From IMG/VR virus record IMGVR_UViG_3300042934_001067, positions 1-64,000 of that record: 64,000 bases of DNA; one strand, written 5' to 3'. The notes under the pieces were generated by a model that did no database searches, had not been told where the DNA came from, and saw only the letters and a list, made by a program, of their open reading frames with translations. Shown one piece after another: positions 51,889-61,024 of this stretch. The position numbers and the translations under genes are program-made. The stretch is from a virus. The first letter of the stretch is position 1. Each line of letters begins with the position of its first letter.

Positions 51889-52326
51889 TCAGGCCGCCGT
51901 CGCCATGTCGGCGGCCGTCAGCGGCTTGTACTGGTTGCGGATCCGGCCGCCGTACAGGTGGGCGATCTCCCCGAGCCGGGTGACATGGAACGTCCCGGGC
52001 TGGCGCCGGAGCAGGACCTGCAGCGCCTTGCCCTCCATGTGCGGCTGCTCGTGGAACTTCTGGCCGTTGCCCGGCGCCGTCCAGTGCTTGTACGAGTCGG
52101 CCAGCTGCCGCAGGTCCTGCTCCGGGGCCAGCGGCGTGTACTGGATGACGGTCCAGTCGTCGGCGGTGACAACGAACCCGCCGCCGGGCTGCTGCCGGAC
52201 CTGCTGGTCCTCGTAGACCTCGGTGAGGACGAAGTTCACCTGGGCGCCGTGGACGACCTCGGCGTGCTTGGTGCGGTGGTTGACGCGAAGGTAGGCGGAG
52301 GCCTTCGCGAGGGGGTACGTGGACAT
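51889..52326 (-). CDS. Hypothetical early protein
   Basis: 145 aa, GAGGAG RBS. Confidence 0.65.
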   Translation of the reverse strand: MSTYPLAKASAYLRVNHRTKHAEVVHGAQVNFVLTEVYEDQQVRQQPGGGFVVTADDWTVIQYTPLAPEQDLRQLADSYKHWTAPGNGQKFHEQPHMEGKALQVLLRRQPGTFHVTRLGEIAHLYGGRIRNQYKPLTAADMATAA

Positions 52327-52395
52327 GGGTGTTCTCCTCGTTGGCGGTCGAGGTGATGGATGTGGTGGCGGCCGGTTGGCGGTCCGGCCGGTGAA

Positions 52396-52809
52396 TCAGG
52401 ATTCCACGGGCTCGTAGCGGACGGTCTGGCGGCGGCCGTCAATGAGGACCATGGTGCCGCTGGCCAGGTACCAGAGGTGCGCCCAGCCCCGGCTGACCTG
52501 CCGGGCGCAGAAGCGACCAGCAGCGCTGGAGGACACGATGCCGATGCTCTCCCAGACCAGCCCGTCTGCGTCGTTCTGGGCGTACAGCTCGCGGAACCTC
52601 GCACTTGCGGACGGCTCCGTGACGACCGGCTCGTACCGGCGGGTGCGGCCGTCCTCGGTGGACGTCAGCTCGAAGGAGCCCCCGTCGAGGTCGCGACGGG
52701 TGGAGAACCCACGCGAGACGCTGAACGAGGTCTGCTCCTCGACGTCGGCTCCGTCCTGCACGACCGTGTGGCCGTTGGCGTAGGTGATCAGGTAGGCGAC
52801 GGGACTCAC
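52396..52809 (-). CDS. Hypothetical early protein (internal duplication ending RYEPV)
   Basis: 137 aa, GTGA overlap. Confidence 0.6.
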   Translation of the reverse strand: MSPVAYLITYANGHTVVQDGADVEEQTSFSVSRGFSTRRDLDGGSFELTSTEDGRTRRYEPVVTEPSASARFRELYAQNDADGLVWESIGIVSSSAAGRFCARQVSRGWAHLWYLASGTMVLIDGRRQTVRYEPVES

Positions 52810-53192
52810 AGCTCTCCTTGACGGGACAACGAACCTGCGAGCACCCCACGGAACTCCAGCGCGGCCAGGACGGCCTTGTCCGACGCCCTGGTGCGCTGAG
52901 TGATCTCCTGGATGCTCTTGCCGCTCAGGTACAGCTCGGTGATGTGGTCGATCACCCGGAACGGCAGGCCCTCGACGATGACCTCCCGGCGCGCGGCGAG
53001 TATACGGTTGCGCACCCGGCGGCCGGTGCTGGTGAGGTAGTAGCCCGAGCCCTTCCGGGTCACGTACTTCCTGGACACCATCGCGGGGAACTGGGCGCTC
53101 GTGCCGCTGACCAGTCCGGAGACCGGGTCGGCGTGGATCAGCATCTGGCGGATCGGAGCGGGCACGGACGGGGGTGCGGTGCGAGTGGCCAT
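52806..53192 (-). CDS. Putative HTH DNA-binding protein
   Basis: ITELYLSGKSIQEITQRTRASDKAVLAALEFRGV. Confidence 0.6.
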   Translation of the reverse strand: MATRTAPPSVPAPIRQMLIHADPVSGLVSGTSAQFPAMVSRKYVTRKGSGYYLTSTGRRVRNRILAARREVIVEGLPFRVIDHITELYLSGKSIQEITQRTRASDKAVLAALEFRGVLAGSLSRQGEL

Positions 53193-53241
53193 GAGCGGCG
53201 GCCTCCTTGGCGGCGAGGCGGACTGGCGGAACGTTCTGAGG

Positions 53242-53520
53242 CTAGCGCGCGGACGCCTCGGTGAGGCCCTTTCGGGCGATGTCGAGTGCCGCCCGCGTAA
53301 CGGCGACCGCCTCCGGCTCGGGCCCGGCCAGCGGCCAGGAACGAACGGAGGCGGAGACGAGACGGCCGTCGGCGTCGGTGACGGCCCGGGTCGTGCTGCC
53401 CCGCTCCGCCCCCTCGGTCAGGGAGATCTCGACGGTGCAGCCGTCGCTGCGCCGGGCGGTCAGGCGGATCGTGCCGCCCAGCGTGACGAGCTTCAGGTCG
53501 TGCGCGGTCATCTCCGGCAT
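53242..53520 (-). CDS. Hypothetical early protein
   Basis: 92 aa, GGAGG RBS. Confidence 0.55.
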   Translation of the reverse strand: MPEMTAHDLKLVTLGGTIRLTARRSDGCTVEISLTEGAERGSTTRAVTDADGRLVSASVRSWPLAGPEPEAVAVTRAALDIARKGLTEASAR

Positions 53521-53646
53521 GGCGTCCTCCCGTGGCGGTCAAGAGGTGAACGAGAAAAGCCGCGTCCTGTTGGCGGTCAGGAAGGTGCGGCCACACCGGA
53601 GATCATGCCAGAAGGAATGACACCGCTTCAGCATTTCGATTCTTTT

Positions 53647-53988
53647 TTACTCTTGCTTTGCTTTCTCGGGCTGCTCGTGCTCGAACGCACGGGGCTGGTC
53701 TTCCTCGTGCAGCAGCCGGTAGCAGCGCCCGCACAGCTGGCCATCATGGAAGCGGTCCGTGAACCGGTGCTTCGTCTCCCCGGCCGGGTACGTGCGCTGT
53801 CCGCACAGCACCACCACCGGCGTCTCCAAGAGCGCCTGGAGGACCCGCCCGGTGCCGTCGCCCATCCTGATCGTCTCTGCAGGCTCCGGCCTGGCCCACA
53901 CGGGCACCCGCACCTCAATGTGCACGGTGCCCGAGTAGAGCGTCTCCACGAAGTACAGCTCGGCGTGCTCCGGCAGCCGCTCAGGCAC
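53647..53988 (-). CDS. Hypothetical Zn-binding protein
   Basis: VH...LCG...LCGRC. Confidence 0.55.
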   Translation of the reverse strand: MPERLPEHAELYFVETLYSGTVHIEVRVPVWARPEPAETIRMGDGTGRVLQALLETPVVVLCGQRTYPAGETKHRFTDRFHDGQLCGRCYRLLHEEDQPRAFEHEQPEKAKQE

Positions 53989-54334
53989 CGGGCACCTCCC
54001 CGTACCCGGGCTTGCCTCGGTCGACGATGTCCGTGGGGATCACTCGGTCGCGGAGGAGCGCGGCCCGGCCGAGCAGCTCATCGACCGACGGCCGGACGTA
54101 CGCGGGCTGCGTCATGTACGACGCCCACTGCGTCCGGCGGTCCATCGGATTGTCCGGCCCCGGCCGCCGCGAGAACTCCTGACAGGCGTCCACCACGTAC
54201 TCGTACGCGCCGTCGCGGTACGGACCGGCCACCTCCACGATGACCGCCGTGCCACCGTCCAGCCCCCTGGCCCACAACTGGCCCACGTGGTAGACCCGCG
54301 CGCCGACCGGCAGCGGGTGGACCGACTCAGCCAT
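53981..54334 (-). CDS. Hypothetical early protein
   Basis: MAESVHPLPVGARVYH..., GGAGGAG RBS. Confidence 0.6.
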   Translation of the reverse strand: MAESVHPLPVGARVYHVGQLWARGLDGGTAVIVEVAGPYRDGAYEYVVDACQEFSRRPGPDNPMDRRTQWASYMTQPAYVRPSVDELLGRAALLRDRVIPTDIVDRGKPGYGEVPGA

Positions 54335-55061
54335 GGTCGGGCTCCTCCGCCTCGGCGCCGCAGCGACGGCACTCGTTGCCCTCGCCCTGCGGCGGGTAGT
54401 CGTGCTCGGGGTACTCGTTGCCGTCGGCGTCGAGGCATGCGTCCTCGGCGGGCTCATCGCCCGTGCCCCCGACGATGCCGTCCACGGTCTCCTGGTAGCC
54501 CGACAGCAAGTGCTCCAGCGCATCGTCGGTGACCCCGTCCGGGTGGTCCGGTCCGCCCAGCGCGTCGACCAGCTCGTGCTTGCGCACGACGACGTCGGCG
54601 TACAGCGCGTAGGCGTCGTCCCACACGTCGAGCCGGACCGGCTCCCCGGTGTTCTCGTCCCGGGAGACGTACAGCACCGGGCTGTCACTCGGGCCGTCCA
54701 GCAGCTTCTTCAGATCAGCGATGGTCACGTTCAGCATGTCCTCGAACTCCTCTTCCAGTACGTCCCACGTGGTCCCGTCCACATCCTCGTGGCTGCCGCT
54801 CCGGTGCGGAGGGCGAACGCAGAACACTTCCTGCGCATCCATGACGATGTCCATGCTGTTGCACAGCGGCCCGCCGGGAATCCGGGCCTCGATCCACGCC
54901 TCGGCCCGCTGCAGCTCCTCCAGCCGGGCCCTGCGCGTCTCGGCGGCCTTCGCCGACCGGGCGGAGCGGGCGGCCTTCGCCTCCGGCGAGTTGTAGCGCC
55001 GGTTCTTCTCGGCCGTGTCGAGGATGGCCCTCAGGAGCCCGTCCAGCCTGATCTCAGCCAT
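54327..55061 (-). CDS. Hypothetical early protein
   Basis: 244 aa, C-terminal ECRRCG. Confidence 0.6.
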   Translation of the reverse strand: MAEIRLDGLLRAILDTAEKNRRYNSPEAKAARSARSAKAAETRRARLEELQRAEAWIEARIPGGPLCNSMDIVMDAQEVFCVRPPHRSGSHEDVDGTTWDVLEEEFEDMLNVTIADLKKLLDGPSDSPVLYVSRDENTGEPVRLDVWDDAYALYADVVVRKHELVDALGGPDHPDGVTDDALEHLLSGYQETVDGIVGGTGDEPAEDACLDADGNEYPEHDYPPQGEGNECRRCGAEAEEPDHG

Positions 55062-55368
55062 GACGCATCGCCTCGTAGACCTCGCTGGCAGGGTCGATGA
55101 CGATGTCGCCGTACAGATCAGGGTGCGCGGCCAACGGCACGTTCACCAGCTCGCTCATGGTCCACTGCGAGCCGATCGCCAACGGCCGCCCCTCGGAGTC
55201 CTGACGCAGAGGGATGCCGTCCTCGCAGACGACGTGCCACACCCATGCGCCCTGCGTGCGGTTGTCGCCTCGGTACGATCCCGCCGACCGCTCCAGCCGG
55301 GCGCCCTCCGGGATGTCCAGCTCCAGCTCGCTGCGCAGGCGCTGCAGGAGCTTCTCGGAGGTCTTCAC
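55054..55368 (-). CDS. Hypothetical early protein
   Basis: 104 aa; GAWVW and IGSQW motifs. Confidence 0.6.
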   Translation of the reverse strand: MKTSEKLLQRLRSELELDIPEGARLERSAGSYRGDNRTQGAWVWHVVCEDGIPLRQDSEGRPLAIGSQWTMSELVNVPLAAHPDLYGDIVIDPASEVYEAMRHG

Positions 55369-55781
55369 GATCCCTCCGGCCCGTACATGACGTCGTCCGC
55401 CCGGGGCCGCAGTTCCTTCGGGTCCTCGCCCTTCACGACGGTCAGGAGCTGGCGGAGCTGCTCGGTGGTGATGTCACTGCGGAACTCGTGTCGGACGTCG
55501 ATCCCGGCCTCGCGCAGGGAGTGGAACAGGGCGCGGCGCTGCGCCGCCTCGTCGTACTGCTCCTGGGTCTGCAGCGCGTCCTTGGCCCCGGTGGAGGTGT
55601 CCTCCAAGCCGGTCTCCCTGGAGAACCGGGCGTTCTTCTCGGTACCCCGGTCGTTCATGACGTACAGCCACTTCCGGCCGACACGACACACGGTGACGCG
55701 TTCGTCGGACTGGTAGCGGCTCGACGTGACCAGGATCAGCGGGTCGCCGACCTTGACGGCGGGGAACGTGCTCCAGCTCAT
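55365..55781 (-). CDS. Hypothetical protein (KOW/SH3-like barrel)
   Basis: VKVGD...VTVCRVGRKWLYV. Confidence 0.6.
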   Translation of the reverse strand: MSWSTFPAVKVGDPLILVTSSRYQSDERVTVCRVGRKWLYVMNDRGTEKNARFSRETGLEDTSTGAKDALQTQEQYDEAAQRRALFHSLREAGIDVRHEFRSDITTEQLRQLLTVVKGEDPKELRPRADDVMYGPEGS

Positions 55782-55783
55782 GA

Positions 55784-56455
55784 TCAGTTCCCCTCGGGTG
55801 CGGACTTGCCGTGCTTGTTCACCCAGGCGCGGGCGGCGTCGCTGTCGGCGAACTCGGTCTCGACCTCGACCTTGCCGACGGTGTCGTACACCGTGCCGCC
55901 GTTGATGCGGTACCGGCGTGCCCGGTACATCTCGGCGCCCTTCCCGGCGTCCATCTGCCGGACGGCCTCGATCACACCCCAGGGGTCCTCGACGTTGCGG
56001 TCGTACTCCTCCAGGTGTCCGTCGATGATGCCCGCGACAATCTTGGCCACCCTGCGCGGCATCTGCACGGTGACGAGGTCCTCGTCGTCCTGGTCACACA
56101 GGTCAGCGAGGACGCAGGCCGTCCCCCAGGTCACCTGGGCCTTCTCGTATCCGTGCTGGGCGCTGAACCGGGTCCACAGGTCCGGGAACGGCGCTTCGCA
56201 TCCCTGCACGGGGTCGTCCATCAGGCCGATCAGGGTGTCGACGCTGGCCGGGACGAGCGGCAGGTGCTCGACGTCCGGGTCGTACTGGCAGATCTCCACG
56301 GCGGCGTCGGCGGCCCCGGCCGTGTGCACCCGCGCCTCGCCGGTGAAGTACCGGTGCATGTCCTCGGCGATGTGCAGGAAGGGGATCGGTCCGATCCGGG
56401 TGACGGACTCGTCGGCCCGGGTCACGGTGATGGCGTACTCGTTTTCGCTGGTCAT
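55784..56455 (-). CDS. Hypothetical early protein
   Basis: MTSENEY after CCCGCCAAGGAG. Confidence 0.6.
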   Translation of the reverse strand: MTSENEYAITVTRADESVTRIGPIPFLHIAEDMHRYFTGEARVHTAGAADAAVEICQYDPDVEHLPLVPASVDTLIGLMDDPVQGCEAPFPDLWTRFSAQHGYEKAQVTWGTACVLADLCDQDDEDLVTVQMPRRVAKIVAGIIDGHLEEYDRNVEDPWGVIEAVRQMDAGKGAEMYRARRYRINGGTVYDTVGKVEVETEFADSDAARAWVNKHGKSAPEGN

Positions 56456-56533
56456 GCTGCTCCTTGGCGGGATCAGGAAGGAGGGCGGCGGCGCCGAGCG
56501 GCCCACAGGCGCCGCCACCGGTTCAGCGACGGG

Positions 56534-56983
56534 TCAGCAGGACTCGTCGAGCTTCACGGAGTTGATCGTGACGCGCAGGACGTCCGTGGCGCCGGGCTGC
56601 GGGTCCTGGCTGCACACGTGCCAGTTGCTGTTGTTGAGGATGAAGGTGTTCCCGGGGCTGACGGACTCCTCGTCGACCAGGAACCCGGCCGTGTGCAGGA
56701 CGGTCATCGCGTCGGCGTGGTTCATGCCGACGACGTCCGGCACCGGCTCCGACGCCTCCTCGGCGGCCGGGGTGTCCTCCTCGACCGGCTCCTCGGCCGG
56801 GGCGGACTCCTCCTCCTCGGCGGGCGTCGCGGGCGTGGCCGGGGCGGCCGTCTCGGTGACGGTGACGGCGGGCTCCGGCTTCGCGTCGGTGCCGCTGCCG
56901 TCCTCGCAGGCGGCTGCCGTCAGCAGGACGGCCGCCACGGCGGCGGCGGGGAACAGAGTGCGGTTGAAACGGGTGACCTTCAC
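56534..56983 (-). CDS. PASTA-domain lipoprotein
   Basis: Signal peptide with lipobox TAAAC; VPDVVGMNHADAMTVLHTAGF...VCSQDPQPG. Confidence 0.8.
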   Translation of the reverse strand: MKVTRFNRTLFPAAAVAAVLLTAAACEDGSGTDAKPEPAVTVTETAAPATPATPAEEEESAPAEEPVEEDTPAAEEASEPVPDVVGMNHADAMTVLHTAGFLVDEESVSPGNTFILNNSNWHVCSQDPQPGATDVLRVTINSVKLDESC

Positions 56984-57104
56984 GGTCGTATCCCCCCTGG
57001 GATGAGAGTGGTGTGGCGACTGCGCACAGTAGTCGTGTGCGCATGGTGTCCGCCCCCGGTTCGACCCCGGGGCCCCAGACAACAGGCAGGGGCGGACGGA
57101 TGGT

Positions 57105-57611
57105 TCAGACCTGGCCGATCCCGTGGCGGTAGATGTCCTGCAGCGCCTCATGGATGTCCTGCAAGACCTCGACGAGGGCTCCCATGTCGGAGGACAGAGG
57201 CCCGGCCTGCGGCAGCGGCCCGTTCTCCCGGACCTTGAGGATCACATCCCGGGCGGAGGCCGCGTCCCGTCCGGTGAGCGCGAAGCCCGTCGGCCTCAGC
57301 CCCCTGAACTGACGGAAGCTGGGAAGCTGGAAGTCCCCGACAAAAAGGTCCACCTTCCCCTCGTCCTCGTCGAAGTCGGCGTGCACGCTGTAGTACTTCT
57401 TCTCCAGGCTGGCCTCGGTCAGCTGCGCCGCGACCACGTTGCCCTTGCCGTCGGTCGTGGCCGGGGTCAGCGGCGTGATCCCCAGCGTGGCCAGGAGGGT
57501 GTTGACCTCGTCCGCAAGGCTGTCGGCGAGGAGATCCGCCTCCATCTCCCTGACGCCCCTCTCCTCCTCGGCCAGCTCCAGCCAGGACTGCGTGGTGGCT
57601 TCCGTGCTCAT
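57105..57611 (-). CDS. Hypothetical early protein
   Basis: MSTEATTQ, GGAGG RBS. Confidence 0.6.
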   Translation of the reverse strand: MSTEATTQSWLELAEEERGVREMEADLLADSLADEVNTLLATLGITPLTPATTDGKGNVVAAQLTEASLEKKYYSVHADFDEDEGKVDLFVGDFQLPSFRQFRGLRPTGFALTGRDAASARDVILKVRENGPLPQAGPLSSDMGALVEVLQDIHEALQDIYRHGIGQV

Positions 57612-57664
57612 GATGTCCTCCGGGACAGCGGGGCGCTGTCGAGCGCCCCGCGCGGTAGGGATGG

Positions 57665-57850
57665 TCAGCCGGACGGCTGCGGCTCCCACGGTGCAGGGCC
57701 GAGCTTCGATTCGGCTTCCTTACAGAAAGTGACGGGGACCAGACGACCGGACTCCAAGTCGCTGCAGCCCAGGCAGATCTCCGACGGCGGTGCGATGTGC
57801 TCCGGGTCGGCCGTGTCGTACACGACTCCCGGCTCGTGCTCTTCAGCCAC
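57665..57850 (-). CDS. Small hypothetical protein
   Basis: 61 aa, CLGCS...PVTFC. Confidence 0.5.
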   Translation of the reverse strand: MAEEHEPGVVYDTADPEHIAPPSEICLGCSDLESGRLVPVTFCKEAESKLGPAPWEPQPSG

Positions 57851-57859
57851 GACGCCCTC

Positions 57860-58201
57860 TCAGAACGGCGGCGGGCAGGACTCGGACGGCACGTGCAGGT
57901 CCCAGCAGCCGCCCTCATGCGCACGCCAGCGCCCGGGCAGGCCGAGGAACTCGAACGTCCGCGCCGGGCCCTGGCACGGCTCCGGCTCGCGCACCCACTC
58001 CGGGTCGGGCTCCTCAGACCAGCCGGGCGGCTCGGTCGGCTCGTCGTCGTACAGGTAGGAGGCGTCGGAGCCCCAGTCCGGCTCGACAGGGCCCGCGTAC
58101 GGCGGCAGCCCACCGGTGCGCTCCAGGAACGCGTACTCCTCGGAGAAGCACTCCGGCGCGCCCATCTCCCGGGCCTCCTGCATGGTGATCGGAGTACTCA
58201 C
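57860..58201 (-). CDS. Hypothetical Pro/Glu-rich protein
   Basis: GTGA overlap; ends PPF. Confidence 0.5.
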   Translation of the reverse strand: MSTPITMQEAREMGAPECFSEEYAFLERTGGLPPYAGPVEPDWGSDASYLYDDEPTEPPGWSEEPDPEWVREPEPCQGPARTFEFLGLPGRWRAHEGGCWDLHVPSESCPPPF

Positions 58202-58413
58202 CGGCCAGCCCCGTCCTGCGCGCCCCGGGCCGGGACGAAGGTGCTGATCGCCCGGATCACGACGAACGTGCCGAGGAAGTACGCGATGGTGAGCTGGTCG
58301 CGCAGCACGCCGTCCTGCGGGGTGTCCGGCAACAGCCGGTCCAGCAGGTAGTAGACGGCCGGGGTGGCGAGCAACAGGACGAGAATCGCCCACTTGAACA
58401 TACGACGGATCAT
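58198..58413 (-). CDS. Small two-TM membrane protein
   Basis: MIRRMFKWAILVLLL..., GAGGAG RBS. Confidence 0.6.
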   Translation of the reverse strand: MIRRMFKWAILVLLLATPAVYYLLDRLLPDTPQDGVLRDQLTIAYFLGTFVVIRAISTFVPARGAQDGAGR

Positions 58414-58492
58414 GAAGTGCTCCTCGTGGCGGGTCGAGGCGGAAAGACGGGGTCCCCGGTCTCCGTGGCGGCCGGAGTGCGTGGGGATCCCC

Positions 58493-58521
58493 ACCCTAAT
58501 GCACATCGATATGCGTGTCTA
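58493..58521 (-). promoter_or_regulatory. Housekeeping (HrdB-like) promoter
   Basis: TAGACA-N17-TAGGGT on minus strand. Confidence 0.55.
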
Positions 58522-58920
58522 GCCGGTGGCAGCACTCTTCCCGGCCATCACGTCCCACGCCTGGACACCCACCCGCAGACGCACCCGCTGGAACCCCTTC
58601 GCCCCCACCCGGGCCTCGTCCCGCAGCCACGCCGCAGACCGCGCCGTCAACTGAGCCAGCGTCACCACCCCCGACCGCAAAAGGCAGTTCGCCACCCGGT
58701 GCCCCGTCGCGTCGTGCCCCAGCAGGTCATACAGCTCACCCCCGCCGCACCGCCCGCACCAGACCCGCTCCCGCGCCGCAGGCCCGTCAGCCACCAGCGG
58801 CAGCGGACCGGCCGGAAACGCCCGCACCAGAGCAGCGAACGCCTCCACCTCCTCCAGCGGCGCCCCCCGCTCCAGCAGACGGCCCGCCGCCGCCTGCAAC
58901 TCCTCCACCGGCCCGCTCAC
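58519..58920 (-). CDS. RNA polymerase alpha-CTD-like protein
   Basis: RVANCLLRSGVVTLAQLTARSAAWLRDEARVGAKGFQRVR aligns by eye with RpoA [40 protein letters not shown]. Confidence 0.7.
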   Translation of the reverse strand: MSGPVEELQAAAGRLLERGAPLEEVEAFAALVRAFPAGPLPLVADGPAARERVWCGRCGGGELYDLLGHDATGHRVANCLLRSGVVTLAQLTARSAAWLRDEARVGAKGFQRVRLRVGVQAWDVMAGKSAATG

Positions 58921-59330
58921 GACCGGCCCTCCGCCGCACGGGCCCGAGCCTCGGCCGCCCAGATCCGGCCCAGCTCCGCCAACTGCTCCTCGTGCGCCAG
59001 AAACATCACGTACGGCAACGGCGGCCGGGTGCGCGGGACGGTGGTGGACAGCCGCATGGACTCCTCGCGGTGCGCGTACACGTCCATGCCGACCCACTCC
59101 TGGTTGCCCGGGATTGCGTAGGCGACACTCCAGTCCGCATGCGGCCGGAACGCGGTCAGCAGCCCTGCGTCCACGGCCGCCAGCACCCACCGGCGAGCTG
59201 TCGCCGGAGACACCCCCCGCTCCTCGGCGATCACGGCCCTCGCCAGGTCGACGGTCACCAGCCGCAGAGGCTTCTCGACGCCCAGCCGCCGGACAGTCTT
59301 GGCGGCCTCGGCCGCCCGCTCGTCGGACAT
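58917..59330 (-). CDS. Putative winged-HTH protein
   Basis: IAEERGVSPATARRWVLAAVDAGLL. Confidence 0.55.
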   Translation of the reverse strand: MSDERAAEAAKTVRRLGVEKPLRLVTVDLARAVIAEERGVSPATARRWVLAAVDAGLLTAFRPHADWSVAYAIPGNQEWVGMDVYAHREESMRLSTTVPRTRPPLPYVMFLAHEEQLAELGRIWAAEARARAAEGRS

Positions 59331-59767
59331 CAGGACTCCTTCAGGGTCAGGTCGTGGCGGACGCGTTCGATCTTGTCCATGGCGGCGAGGGCCTCGGGCG
59401 ACGGATTGTGGATCTCCCGCATGCCGTGCACGGCGGCCTCGGCACCCGACGCGAACAGCGGCACGGGCGACTCGTAGTGACAGATGTCCCGGGCCGTCTC
59501 CACGGTGATCTCGCCGGAGGCGACCGCGATGCGCACGGCCGTGCTCTCGTCCATGTCGTGACACCCGGCCCACCCCGCGCACACCCGGGCACGCTCATCG
59601 TCACGGTCGTGTAGGTGGCACTGGAACAGCCGGGGTGTCTGCTGCCAGGTCGGCCCGTCGAACCCGGGCAGCTTCGCATAGTCCTCGGGCGACCAGACCC
59701 CCGACGGAACATCCTGACGGTACGGACACGCCCCGCACGGGCGCGGCGCGGGCGGCAGCGTCGTCAC
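59330..59767 (-). CDS. Cys-rich protein (DUF6283-like)
   Basis: PRPCGACPYRQDVPSGVW...YAKL...FQCH...CAGWAGCH. Confidence 0.65.
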   Translation of the reverse strand: MTTLPPAPRPCGACPYRQDVPSGVWSPEDYAKLPGFDGPTWQQTPRLFQCHLHDRDDERARVCAGWAGCHDMDESTAVRIAVASGEITVETARDICHYESPVPLFASGAEAAVHGMREIHNPSPEALAAMDKIERVRHDLTLKES

Positions 59768-60357
59768 GACTGCTCCCCCACTTCGGTGCGGCGCAGAGCG
59801 CACAGGATGCACTCGCAGGTGTCCGGGTCGTGCCCGGCCGCCTCCGTCGCGTCCACGATGGCATCCCAGGCGGCGGCGACCGCCTCGGAGTTGCCAGGGG
59901 CGTCCGGCCGGGCCCGGTGCTCGGTCTGGGCGTCGCGGTAGCGGGCGGCGAGCCGCTGGGGGGCCTGCGGGTAGTCCACCCGCTCGAACAGCCTCCACCG
60001 GCCGTCCTCCCACTGCTCCACCACGGCGGCCACCTCATCGGTGACACCCGCCTCCGCTCCCCGGCGGCCGAGCGTCACGGCCTCGTACGCCGCGCGCTGC
60101 GACCGGAACGCAGTGGTGGGCAGCACACCCCGGGAGGTGTGCTTGGTGACGCACCACGGCTTGGACGGCTTGTTCATCGGCGTGAACTCCTGATCCTGCT
60201 TCGGGCAGTGCCGGGCATCGAAGTAGGCGGCGGCTCCCCGCCAGTCGGTGGGCATGTCGCCGGACGGCTGCGTCTCCCCGGGGAAGCGCTCCTCGGCGGG
60301 AGCCTGCCTGCGGGAGAGGCCCGCGAGCGCGGCGGCCCGCCGGTCGGCGAGCGTCAC
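59764..60357 (-). CDS. Hypothetical early protein
   Basis: 197 aa, GTGA overlaps at both ends. Confidence 0.55.
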   Translation of the reverse strand: MTLADRRAAALAGLSRRQAPAEERFPGETQPSGDMPTDWRGAAAYFDARHCPKQDQEFTPMNKPSKPWCVTKHTSRGVLPTTAFRSQRAAYEAVTLGRRGAEAGVTDEVAAVVEQWEDGRWRLFERVDYPQAPQRLAARYRDAQTEHRARPDAPGNSEAVAAAWDAIVDATEAAGHDPDTCECILCALRRTEVGEQS

Positions 60358-60686
60358 TGCTGCTCCTGGGCGTGGAGGGCGGCGCGGGCGGTGATGAGGC
60401 GCAGCCGCGCGCGGATGGCGGCCTCGCGGGTGTTGTGGCCGGTGGCCTTGCGGCCGAGGTTGACGCAGTCGACGGCGAGGGCGGTGAGCGTTTCCATCAC
60501 GGGCGCGGTGGCGTCGAGGGTGAGGAAGTAGCCGATCCGGCGTTCGGTGCGCCGGGCGCGGTGCAGGGCGGCCCGGACGTCGTCCAGGGACGGGGAGGGG
60601 CCGAGTCCGGCGAGGGTGGCGGAGAGCCAGTCGGCGAAGCTGCCGGGGAGCTTCACGGTCGCGGTGGGCGCGGTCGGGGTGCTCAC
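60354..60686 (-). CDS. Hypothetical early protein
   Basis: MSTPTAPTATVKLPGSFADWL. Confidence 0.55.
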   Translation of the reverse strand: MSTPTAPTATVKLPGSFADWLSATLAGLGPSPSLDDVRAALHRARRTERRIGYFLTLDATAPVMETLTALAVDCVNLGRKATGHNTREAAIRARLRLITARAALHAQEQQ

Positions 60687-60943
60687 TGGTGCTCCCGGGG
60701 CTCGGAGAGAACGACCAGGGTGCGGGTGAGGGCGTAGCCGTCGGTGCGGGGCGTGCCGTCGTCGTGGACGGGGCTGGCGTGGAGGTCGGCGACGAGGACG
60801 ACGCACCCGGCGCCGCTGTCGCGGTCGGCGGCGTCGGCGGTCGCTGCGCCGGGTTCGTACGCGGTGATGCGGATGCGGGCCGGGCCGAGCGGGTAGCGGG
60901 CGCACGTTCGGTAGGTCTGTCCGGCGGCGATGGTGTGGGGCAT
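60683..60943 (-). CDS. Hypothetical early protein
   Basis: MPHTIAAGQTYR...RTDGYAL. Confidence 0.6.
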   Translation of the reverse strand: MPHTIAAGQTYRTCARYPLGPARIRITAYEPGAATADAADRDSGAGCVVLVADLHASPVHDDGTPRTDGYALTRTLVVLSEPREHQ

Positions 60944-61024
60944 CAGGTGCTCCTCTTGTGGTCCTCGTGGCGGGTCGAGGGGCCGCACCCCGGCATCGGC
61001 GGGCGGGGCGCGGCCGTGGGCAGG

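Noticed and set aside
56997-57078. T-loop-like CCCGG-TTCGACC-CCGGG with a possible acceptor stem on the plus strand
   Set aside because: No credible D-arm or anticodon arm; more simply intergenic hairpins
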